Below, piece by piece: positions 10,153-20,000 of a stretch of 20,000 nt of DNA (the first letter of the stretch is position 1; each line of letters opens with the position of its first letter). The DNA is from Chiloscyllium plagiosum (taxonomy: Eukaryota), in the NCBI RefSeq assembly GCF_004010195.1, contig NC_057753.1, positions 12,631,732 through 12,651,731 on the forward strand. Direction: 5' to 3'. The position numbers and the translations under genes were made by a program. The notes under the pieces were generated by a model. The model was not told where the DNA came from and searched no databases. It saw only the letters and a program-made list of their open reading frames with translations.

Positions 10153-11560
10153 AGTGGACATCTGCATTACTGAACAGTCTGACAAAAATAACTTGTCTTG
10201 AAGGACATAACCATCTTCTCATTCAGGATATTTGCTTTTGTTTGATCATTCGCCAAGGTCAAAATGATTTTGAAAACCTGTAACACAATTGGTTGCAACA
10301 AAATTATCGATAAATCCCTCATAGTAGTTACATTCGAGATGCATGAACTCAAGCCTTCAATAATACATCACGAAGTCTGTGCTATTATAACCAAACCCTC
10401 AGATTTAGACTGTTACAGTCAGTCCAAATATGCCTGATTCAGAACAGTCGTACTTGTGCATAAATCTGGTTTAGCGCCTTGATAAGTTGCTCAAAAACTG
10501 GCACAATATATATGTGCAATGTCAGGTCAGTGTAGTTTGTCTGCCAAAAATCAGATCAAGTGTCCATGTGATCTGACGCAAGTTCCCTCCAGTTGGCTCC
10601 AATCCAAACTGGCTTTTGTGTTTTTTATGATGGACCACCATTTGGATAAAAACGACCCACGAGGGAATTGCACGACAGTTTAACACTTTACAGGAGCTAA
10701 TAAAATAAGCATACTCTATTTACACGCAGCTATTAATTCGGTAATATTCATGAGAACGTGCATTAAAGCTGAGGTGCAGATAATTAGCATGTTTTTTGGC
10801 AATTTTACTTTGGGATATTCAGACGGAAGTGAAACCAGCTTTTATGAATAAGAACCTCGCTAAGAAGCAAGGTCGTCTCGGGATTTTGCTGAAGCATCAT
10901 CATTGAACACATGATGAGGGTTGTTAATAAAGACTTCAAGTCTTTGTGTGGAATACTGCCGCATATGTTTCAAAATACTTGAGTATCTACATGACTTGTA
11001 AGAACTAAAGCTCAAAACCAAATACAGAAAATTGGGAGAGTATCCTGCAATATCTGAAGAAAATATCACCTAGGGTCAAAACCAAGAAAACACTGTGAAA
11101 CACACTCACTTTATCAAAGTTATGTGCTGCTCCCTTCCAACCCTTTAATTCAGAAATCGATCCATCATAATCAGCAGCAGAATGCAGTGCACTTTTCTGA
11201 CATGAATGGACAAAAAATATCTTACTGAGACACAACTGACTGTGAAAGAACAGTCAGGAGAACAATGCAGACAAAAATATGCGGAACAACAGGGACACAG
11301 TTCCAATGGCAGCTGAAGTTGCATGAGTCTCAGACAAGCCTGGGCCTGGGTAATTGACGGTGGGATAGCGAAATTCTTGCTGCATCGTGCGGCGATGATT
11401 CACTCGGGTGTGTTTGCTGATGAATGGATGAATCTGTGTTTTTGAATTCCAGGCTGTGCGTCTCATGGAGGAAGGGGCGAGGTGACCCGATCGTTCCCTT
11501 TTCTTTCTGTTGCTTCTTTTATTTCTGCTTATCTTCTTCATGCTTTTTTGAGGTAATATG

Positions 11561-12050
11561 TGTTCTGGACCAAGCCAGACCCCTTTAAACATTTCAACAA
11601 GGGAGACCAGACGCTATTTTTTCTTGTTGTTTTAACAAATAAACGTGGACATTCCATGACCGACACATCTGGTCAAACCACTTAGTTTTAAACAAAACAG
11701 AATTAATGGACAGACGACAGTTTGAAACAAGAACAGAATAGAATGGAATATACAATGACTTAAATTATCTGAGAAACCAACCGACTCTGTGGGAAGCTAA
11801 TGACGCTGTTCCAATTTCTGGAATAACCCCAAAAACACACCACTTGGATAAAATGGTAAATTCAAACACAGGTTCGTACAAGACAAAGATTGCAGCGAGG
11901 ATGAGCCAGAGATCATTGACTGAAGCATGGACCCTCTTTCCACTCTTGCTGCTTCTCTATGTTGCCAGCTAAAATTAAACCAAATGGAAAAATCCCTGAG
12001 CTCAGAGAACTTCTCAGTCCCGTTTATATGATCAACTGTTGTAAGAAAAA
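11561..12050 (-). mobile_element. Probable LTR-retrotransposon solo-LTR fragment
   Basis: Starts TGTTCTGGACCAAGCCAGACCCC and continues ctggtcaaaccacttagttttaaacaaaacagaatt...ggtaaattcaaacacaggttc. This resembles a shark LTR-type repeat from recall only. The far end and a target-site duplication were not identified. Confidence 0.4.
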
Positions 12051-14849
12051 CTGTGGTCAAGTCAATATAACGATAAAATATTCAGCTAAAAATTTAAATC
12101 TAAGTCATAACGAGAAACGACCGTTTGATATACCTACTGAGGTTTCCTGTTGTCGCAAAGGATACATTCCTGCACGCATTGAACTCAGCGCATGAGGTTA
12201 TCCATTGGCTGAGGCGCTTCTCAACTGTACAATGAATACTCAAGCATCAAATGTTTCTTAGTCAGAAACCTTAAGCTCAATCTTGGTCATTTCACCAGAA
12301 CGTCTGCGTATGTGATTTGGCAGGATGCACGATGTGGTTTGGCGATTCTACTTGATGCAGATCAGACATGCTTTTATTGAATGCCAGAACAGACATATCT
12401 GTAGTCACCACAACAATACCGACTTACTCCATCAAACCAACTAATACCGAACTCCAAATTGTGTGCGGTGTTATTATCCCACATAATAGCAGTAAGAACA
12501 GATCAGCTGATGGGTACTGTTTGTTGGTGTTGTACTGGCTTCAGCCAATTCCATTTACTTCACATTACATGAAGCACTAGATGAAGGTACTGGGTGCAGC
12601 AAGACCATTACGATTGACAGCAATCTAACAGTACTGCGATAGATTTTTGCGCTAGAATGAATTGCGACCACAGTTCTTGTTTTAAGTTAATTTATAACTT
12701 TAAATCTGCCCGTCAACTGTGCTGAACTCATGGGATAAATGAACAACAACTTTACATTGTAGCTGGTATTTGAAATAAAAGTGAGCATGCATTCATGCCT
12801 CTGAGGATCAGGAGTAGAGTGTTCAGATCTTCAGCCTGTCCCACATGTTCAGATGTTAAGCCAAAATACTTGAGAATGACCGAGAGCGTTTTTGGCAAGG
12901 GGGCAGAGGAAGGGGGATAATAAAATGGAGGAATAGTGATTAATTATTAAAACATGGATTAGAAATCATAACACCAAGTGCAGAGAGACATGATCAAAAA
13001 CATGTAAAACACTGTACGGTCCAATGCAAAAACACCTGAGGCAAAGCCCGTTCTAAACAGAAATACAAAAGAGTTTGTGCTACAGTAAAGTATTCACTCA
13101 TATATAGTCGTGTGCAAAATCTGACAGCTAGTTTAATGTAAACAAAGATGTGGCATGATGCATTGTTGTTTTGACAGGTGGACAGTACTGGAAAAATTGT
13201 TGTATGTTCATGGAAAATCATTATTTGTGATACAGCAACGAATCTGCTTTGATATGGAGACATCAGGATAATAGCATCAGCTCCATTGCCAGAGTAACCT
13301 AGGAAACCCCAATTCAAAAACAAACAATAAGTATATTTTTCAAAAGTTAACCAAATATCCATTGCTTTTTCGGATGCCGCTTTATTCCCTGTCACTGTAG
13401 TAGTGAGCGGTGTATGACAGGGAAGCAAAACTTGTGCGGAAAGTCATTGTTAAATGCAACCTTCGTTGGAGAAGGAGGCAAGAAACATTGGCTAAAATGA
13501 CAGAGAACATTTAATCTTATTGCATTTTGTTTCCATTTGCCTAGAGGTTGACTAATCATTGAGACGAGTTGCCGTTCTTTGGAATATGACGCACCCAATG
13601 AAAGTGTAAGAATTGATTTTCTTCCTCATTCATGTGATGGAAGTTAAACGACTTCACCAACTCACAAGCTCATCCCAAATGCCATTGATACCATCCCAAT
13701 TTGGGCACAACATTCGCATCGGTTTCTTAGAAGACCACGTGATCCCTCTTGAAAACTTGCGTATTCAAACAGCTCACTAAGTGATTTCAGGTTACCGTCC
13801 CGCCCATCAGTAATCTCAGGAGATTCCACGAGCAGATCTGTTCGATTCTTTCCAGTATTCCAGTCCAACCCCGAAATCGAGTCTCCCTGAATACTTCTTG
13901 GCTGCAGGCGTCAACTGCACGTAATGCAAACCATCATCTGGTGGTGGCAGAAACATCTTTGTTATTTTCACTCCGTCCACCTGGATACAAGAGAACTGAT
14001 GAAATAAACAGACCTTATTTTGATTCAAAATAATGATGCCCACAACCACTTCGTTTGCTAGCATTGCCGCGAGGTTAGCACCATTTGTTGTTTTATTTTG
14101 CTCCGTTTACCAGTTATGTAACCTTTGTGTAATTTCCAGTCGCTTTCAGTCAGTTTGTGACACAGCTCCCGTCCATGGTGACGAGAAAGCAGAATTGTCT
14201 CTCACCATCCGCTGGGTTTATTATACTCACAACTTGGATAATTATTTCTAATATACTTCCTCAGGCAAAGCCAGACCGGGAAAGACAAGGAGTGGATCTC
14301 CAGCAAAGGCAGATTTGTTGAAACGGATGACTAAAGGGGCACAGACATTTTCAAAGGAGATTCAATATATGAGAATTGAAGACAGTTTCACTTATTACTG
14401 ATAACCACATTCCTACCTCAACACACAGAGTGATGGTCAAATACATCATGCAATACAAAAACTCTTCTTTCAGATTTTCAAACAAGCAAATGAAAAATTT
14501 ATTGTTCTACTGTAATAAAACAAATAGTTCTGCCACACATCATCTAATATCGTTTCAATTGGCGTTTTATTGGCGTTATGATCTGTAAATGTGAACTTGC
14601 TGAGATTGCACAGATGTTTTTTTCTTGTTCTGGAGTCTGTGTGCAATTGTTGCGAATGATCAACGCGATTTGGAGTCCACAACATAAATCGTTATCAAAT
14701 TCTAAGAGCTGGAACCTGGAGATACAGTCACCACTTTTTATTTCTTTTCTCCACATTTCAATAATACATGAAGTTCAAAGTTTGTGAGAAGATTTGTAGC
14801 TCGGGTGCTTGTTGTTGTGGTTCTGTTCGCCGAGCTGGGAATTTGTGTT

Positions 14850-14889
14850 GCAGACGTTTCTTCCCCTGTCTTGGTGAAAACCTCAATGC
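14850..14889 (-). ncRNA. Minimal hammerhead ribozyme motif (degenerate) in the PLE arm
   Basis: GCA-UUGAGGU-U-UUCACC-AAGACA-GGGGAA-GAAAC-GUC-UGC. GAAA and the GUC cleavage triplet are intact; the CUGANGA box has two substitutions. Confidence 0.75.
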
Positions 14890-15593
14890 TTGGGAGCCTC
14901 CTGTAAAGCGCTTCAGTGTTGTTTCCTCCGGCATTTATCGTGGTTTGTTTCTGCCGCTTCCGGTTGTCAGTTCCAGCTCTCTGCTGCATTGATTGGTAAA
15001 TTGGGTCCAGCCCGATGTGTTTGTTGATAGAATCTGTGGATGAGTGCCATGGCTCCAGGAATTCCCTGGCTGTTCTCTGTTTGTCTTATCCTATAATAGT
15101 AGTGTTGTCCCAGTCGAACTCATATTGCTCGTCATCTGTGCTTGCGGCTACTAAGGATAGCTTGTCGTGCCGTTCCGTGGCTAGTTGGTTTTCATGGATA
15201 CGGATCGTTAGCTGTCTTCCTGTTTGTCGTATGTAGTGTTTGGTGCAGTACTTGCATAGGATTTTGTACACTACGTTGGTTTTGCTCATGCTCGGTATCA
15301 AGTCCTTTGTCCTGGTGAGTTGTTGTCTGAGAGTGGCTGTTGGTTTGCGTGCTATTATGAGTCACAGCGGTCGTATTGGTCTGGCTGTCACTTCAGAAAT
15401 ATTCTTGATGTATGGTAACGTGGCTAGTCCATTGGGTTGCCATCCACAGATTCGATCAACAAACACATCGACCTGGAACCAATATATCAGCTACTGCAGC
15501 GGACAGCTGGAACTGATAATCGGAAGCGGCAGAGACATACCACTATAAATGCCGGAGGAAACATCACAGAAGCACTTCACAGGAGGCTCCCAA

Positions 15594-15633
15594 GCACTGA
15601 GGATGTCACCTAGACAGGGGACAAAACGTCTGC
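15594..15633 (+). ncRNA. Minimal hammerhead ribozyme motif (degenerate) in the PLE arm
   Basis: GCA-CUGAGGA-U-GUCACC-UAGACA-GGGGAC-AAAAC-GUC-UGC. CUGANGA is intact, with a 3-bp stem I, stem II and a palindromic ACGU stem III; GAAA is mutated to AAAA. Confidence 0.8.
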
Positions 15634-16339
15634 AACACAGATTCCCAGCTCGGCGAACAGAACCACAACAATATATGAAGTAATAATTTTTAATTTGAAA
15701 CACCATGTAAAATTATTGGGATTCCACAGTGTATCAGACATGAATGAATACCACAAAAGCAAATACAATGTATTGTTTGCTGTCTTGATTGTAGAATTTA
15801 TTCATTAAATTCTGTATCCTCGGGACAATTTCTGACAGGGTGCCTTTTACTATTATCTTCTTGTGACAATTTTTTCCATTTCTGTGAAGTGATCATCTGC
15901 GTTCCCTTTTCCTCGGCTCTCTTGCTAAGATCCCAGAGTCTAATAAATTGCAGTTAAAACAAAGATAACCTGAGAAATATGGAGTAAAGTCAAAAGATCA
16001 AAATCCTTTGAACAGTCAGAGGCACAGCTGAGTGTTTTATAACATATGGCTGGCAGATTAAAATATCAATGGATTTTACTCTTTAGTGACTGATTGAGGT
16101 GACGTTTTTTGGAAATATGATATTGTGGATGGACTTGGAAACGTTGTGACAGTCTCAGTACGTTAGTGACTACAAATGCCTCCAGTTACAGACTGTCTCT
16201 CAATTAATGTTCACTCTCGGTTTATTTCTGTGGCATATGAAACTTCAGTTTGGAAGTCATAGAGAAAATCCAATTTCCAAATTCGTTGTATCCCAGTCTG
16301 CTTTGGGAGATAAGGAGTAAATGAAAGGCGTACCTCACC

Positions 16340-16700
16340 CAACATTAACATTTACACTGGCTGCAGAAAGGTCCCAGAGGGCCGGAAATTGTTAATGTTT
16401 TCAGTACTTTCAGTAAAGTTAATGTTTTCAGGAAAAATGTTCAGTATTTAGCAGGAAATTACAGATCACTGGGTGCCACATCAGTGGAGGAAAATGTTCG
16501 AATAATATAGTGAAGGACAGAATTGTTGTCCACTAAGAGAGGTAAGATTTTATCATGGATAATTAGCATGATTTTGACTGAGGCTGTTCATAACAAACAA
16601 ATAAATATTTTGAAAATATGATGAGGTATGTAGATGCTGATAATGCAGTTTATGCAGTTTATATTTATTTCATCCAAGCATTTGAAAATGTCCCACAAGC
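16340..16700 (+). mobile_element. Old CR1 ORF2 fragment (start of the RT domain)
   Basis: Decayed VPE...ANV, GNYRSL..TSV, (Q)H(G)F and AVY.YF.QAFENVP (DF.KAFDKVP) motifs in order. Parallels 6985-7310. Confidence 0.7.
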
Positions 16701-16799
16701 TACACTGAGAGGTTCTCCATCCTTTGAGTGTAGAAACCTCGGCGAGTATCGGTCCTAATGATGCATGCTGTATTCTGAGAAGGCGATTCAATGTTTGAG

Positions 16800-17665
16800 C
16801 AAAACCACACATCCCGAAACACCCCATCCCGCCATATTCCCAGACTGTCAATCCTTTTCAAAATACTTCTATAGCATCAGGTGTAAGTCTCCAAAACTGA
16901 AGTGAGTGCAGGACCATTCGTCCTAATCTCACATCATATGGCAAAAGTGCTATCCCAAGACTCAGGTAGTTGAATCTTTACTGCAACTCCCTCTTTGTCA
17001 CTGATTTCTTCTCTACAAATCATGTCAAAAGGAACTTCCACACAGTATTCCAAGTCTCACAAAATGCTATACATCTGCTCCAAAACAGTCTAACTCAATT
17101 GAAATCCAACACAGCATTCACCACCATACCTGCATAATGCTTTATTTCAGTGACCAGTCTATAAGAACCCTCAGATCCATTTTTATATCAACGTTTCCAA
17201 ATCTACCAACGTTCAATGAAAAATCTGTCGGTTTTGTTTTATATTTTCTCTCCTGAGGTGGATGACATTACACATATCCGAAATATATCACCTCGAACAT
17301 GTGCGTGCCTCCTCAATAAAGTTGCCTGCATCACCTTGAAATCTCATCATTACTCCCAGTTCTGCCCATTTTCATTGTAAATATTACAGATGATGCCATC
17401 ATGCAAAGCATTTACATATTTTGTTCGTTTTTTGGCGCCCAATGACTGTCCCATGTGGTAACCATCTCGTCACAGCCTTCCATTCCAGGCGCAAGCTGTT
17501 TCTTGTCTGCTATCAATTCTCAATCTATGCCAGTACATTTTCACGGACCATATGTGTTCATCTGGAACACGAACACCTTATGTGTGCTTACGTCATAAGC
17601 TTTCTAAAACTGCAAATACATCACATTCACTATCTTGCTGTGATGCATTTTATTAGTTATGTCTT
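16800..17665 (-). mobile_element. Old CR1 ORF2 fragment (antisense)
   Basis: Antisense CR1-like blocks: ctaatctcacatcata...atccca...gaatcttt, cacacagtattccaagtctcac, ggtggatgacattacacatatcc and caattctcaatctatgccagtaca. Confidence 0.6.
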
Positions 17666-17879
17666 TGGAAATCTTACACTGATTGTCTTTTCCCTCCGAG
17701 ACCTCTGTTCTCTACACATCTCTCTTTCAGTTGTTTTCAAATTCAGACCGCTCTTGAGTAGTGGCGGCAGCTGCCATTCTGGTTCTCTCCCATTTCTAGA
17801 AATATGCAAGGTTGCTGCGCCTCCTCTTTTATGTTTTTCCGAGAAGTGATGTTCCGACACATCCTGTTAGGTAAGAGAG

Positions 17880-19600
17880 CTGAGGAAAGGACAGTAGCTT
17901 CTGATTTTTGAGAAATTAACAGTGAACCTGCATTATGTCGTTTCAGTTGTGAATGGTCTCTAACTTGGACAGGAAGTTGTAGGCGGTGGAATTTCCAAAC
18001 ACCTGCAAACTTTTCCAGTTCTAGCTAGTAGATTTATCCAGCTGAGAACATCTGTTGAAGGATCTTAAAAGACTTTCCACAGAGCATCTTGCAGATATGA
18101 CACGCCATCGCAATCACACTTCAGTCGCGAAGGGACTGAAATGTTGAAGATTGTGGTTTCAAGGATTGTGGTTTCGGCCTGGGTTATATTTCGCTTTTGA
18201 AATACTCCAGAAGCTAAATATGTGCAGACAAATTGATCCTGTTCCATCACACGTCTGACTGAAGCCTTTTAGCTGTTGGGCGGATACATTTGATTTACTT
18301 TATTAACTACCCTCCAAAGAATTTCTAGCTTCAGGCACACTCCTTGGCCATATTATTCATGACTATTTGTGTCCAGTCAATACTATTTTTCAGAATTTGA
18401 TATGGGGGTTTTGGAGGTGGTAAAACCTTCATTGTCAAAGGTTACCTTTTGATTCTTTCTTTTCGGAAATGATCATTTTCTGCAGTTCTGCAACATAAAT
18501 ATCAGTGAGCACTTCCCTGGCCATTTTTGAATATTGTCCACGTCCTTCTAAATTTGGACTCTAATTCTTTCCGCAGATGAGTAATCATGAATGGTGTTGA
18601 ACATTGTGCAATCATCAGCGAACACTCGACATCAAATAATGTGAGGTCTAGACTGTGAATGATGAAGAAGCTAAAGATAATTGAACATGAGCCAGAACAT
18701 TAAGAATCAACTTCAGCTAGTTCCTGTGATGCCTAAGGTACAAGAGTTACAAGCATGCACATTTGTGCCAATTCTGTCTCAAACGATCAGAGAACCTGCC
18801 TTGAAATCTACTGACGCCTAATTTGTTCAGGATCTTTATGCAAACCTCAGTTGAAATCTGCTTTGATGGCTAAGCAGCCTATCTCACCACAACTCCGTTT
18901 TAGCTCCTTGGTGTGGGCTTGGAAGTCAGCCATTGTGAAGTTAGGAGTTATGGGCCAGTGGAATCAATCAGTACATCTTCGAAAAGGGCATTCCCTTGCA
19001 GGTAATACTTTACAACATTGTCAACAACCTACTCTATTAGATTAGATTATATTCCCGACAGTATGGAAACAGACCCTTCGTCCCAACAAGTACATACGGA
19101 CCCTTTGAAGAGTAATGTACCCAGACCTATTCCCCGATCCCCACATTTATCCCTGACTGATGCACCTAACACTATGGACAATTTAATATGGCCAATCCAG
19201 TTAACCTGCTCTTTCAGCTAATCCATACCTTTGGATCAATTCGTTGGTGGCATGTGGACAGATGTCGTGTTAATTTGTTACATAGAGTTTTTGTGTGTGT
19301 GTACACGATTAGACAGAACATTTTACCACATTGTCTGATATGTTGATGCAAGTGTTGTGGCTGCGATGGAACAGCGTACCTCATGAAGCTGATAGGTCAA
19401 AGTGATCGTTGCTCCCTTCAGAAAATTCCAGGAACCAAAAGACTTGCAAAATCTCGTATCTTCAATTGTTTCTTAACATCATGCTGCATAACGACACAAA
19501 GTTTCGGAAAGGCACTTCAGCCAATCTAATCTCTACGGCCGAGAATGTGCTAAATATGCACAAATCTCACTTAATGGCACAAGCTTCATATTTTGTATGT
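17880..19600 (-). mobile_element. Old CR1/L2-group LINE ORF2 fragment, interrupted by a SINE
   Basis: The minus strand retains FADDCTMFNTIHDYSS (FADD is the reverse complement of 18611-18622). LINE-like sequence appears to resume beyond the SINE (ccacattgtctga...gtgttgtggctgcgatggaacagc). Boundaries are approximate. Confidence 0.7.
19037..19209 (-). mobile_element. HE1-type (V-SINE) shark SINE, 3' half only
   Basis: Minus strand: gcaggttaactggattggccatattaaattgtccatagtgttaggtgcatcagtcaggg...gaagggtctgtttccatactgt followed by an (AATCT)n tail. The 3' motif is shared with the CR1 tails at 3670-3690 and 8402-8422. Confidence 0.8.
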
Positions 19601-19639
19601 TGTACAAGTCGACATTCAAACATTTTCGTTTTAAAATTG

Positions 19640-20000
19640 TGAGGTTACCCGCTTCAACTGTCATCCGTGGATTTGTATTCCATACCTCTTTCACGCTTTG
19701 GACGAAAAATATTTACCTCAAGTTCCCTCTGAACCTACTGCCTTTCACCTTAACATAATGTTCCTATGTTCATGGTTTTTGCAATGAGGGTGAACAGCTT
19801 TTTTCAATCCTCCCTACTCATACCCCTCATAATCCCATACACTTCTAATAAGTCAACCACCAAACTTCTCTGCTTCAAAGAAAACAGCCTGAACTTATCC
19901 GACACCTCACCCATAACTAAAGTCCTCCAACCAAGCTATTATACTTGTGAATTTATCCACACCTCTCCAATACATTATTATCATATCCAGAGCGCGTTGA
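19640..20000 (-). mobile_element. Old CR1 ORF2 3' fragment (antisense), runs off the window end
   Basis: The reverse complement parallels 7950-8260 (catacccctcataat...cacttctaataagtcaacc...cttctctgcttcaaagaaaacagcct). Confidence 0.75.

Larger units (their letters stand above)
14775..15669 (-). mobile_element. Penelope-like retroelement (PLE), 5'-truncated, with a GIY-YIG endonuclease remnant and inverted terminal arms
   Basis: The minus strand from 15440 reads LATLPYIKNISEVTARPIRPL*LIIARKPTATLRQQLTRTKDLIPSMSKTNVVYKILCKYCTKHYIRQTGRQLTIRIHENQ...FDWDNTTIIG*DKQRTAREFLEPWHS..SIN, i.e. VVY-x-I-x-C-x2-C-x3-YIxQT. Arms 14812-15042 and 15441-15671 are inverted repeats. Flanks are AATACATGAAGT (14763-14774) and AATATATGAAGT (15670-15681). 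Confidence 0.93.

Noticed and set aside
11091..11097. CACTGTG RSS heptamer
   Set aside because: No nonamer at 12- or 23-nt spacing.
13666..13980. 315-nt minus-strand segment between an AG acceptor and a GTGAGT donor; vague MHC class I or VWD-like words (LPPPDDG, EYWKES, LCPNWDG)
   Set aside because: Stops in all three frames and motif spacing fits neither family. The overlapping SRCR-like reading fits better and runs across the putative donor.
14738..15706. Several 70-102 aa ORFs sharing CCGSVRRAGNLCCRRF
   Set aside because: Alternative-frame translations of the PLE inverted arms, not genes.
1..20000. CRISPR array, tRNA/rRNA or prokaryotic operon-type system
   Set aside because: No regularly spaced repeats, cloverleaf structures or dense ORFs. 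The sequence is vertebrate, retroelement-rich DNA.

Overview
AT-rich, repeat-dense eukaryotic genomic DNA, most likely from a cartilaginous fish (shark). The basis is HER1/CR1-type LINEs with (CTATGACT)n tails, an HE1-type SINE 3' end and a GPR139/142-like receptor of the kind expanded in elasmobranchs; family names come from recall, not from a search. I cannot support any intact protein-coding gene. The window opens inside the main coding exon of a GPR139-like class A GPCR pseudogene (1-829) that carries a premature stop and a (TA)n slippage frameshift. Most of the rest is retroelement debris: a 2.2 kb decayed CR1 ORF2 after a 500-N gap, several older CR1/LINE fragments, a SINE nested in a LINE and a probable LTR fragment. 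The clearest element is a Penelope-like insertion (14775-15669) with a GIY-YIG remnant, 231-bp inverted arms, a hammerhead-ribozyme motif in each arm and a 12-bp target-site duplication. There are two local duplications: a ~420-bp tandem pair that may be promoter plus exon-1 relics of the same GPCR family, and a 224-bp pair. Between about 10.8 and 15.8 kb several weak relics hint at decayed receptor or immune-type genes (leader-like exon, GPCR-like ORF, SRCR-like and V-set-like frames, RSS-like motif); these are speculative. I found no convincing previously undescribed system.
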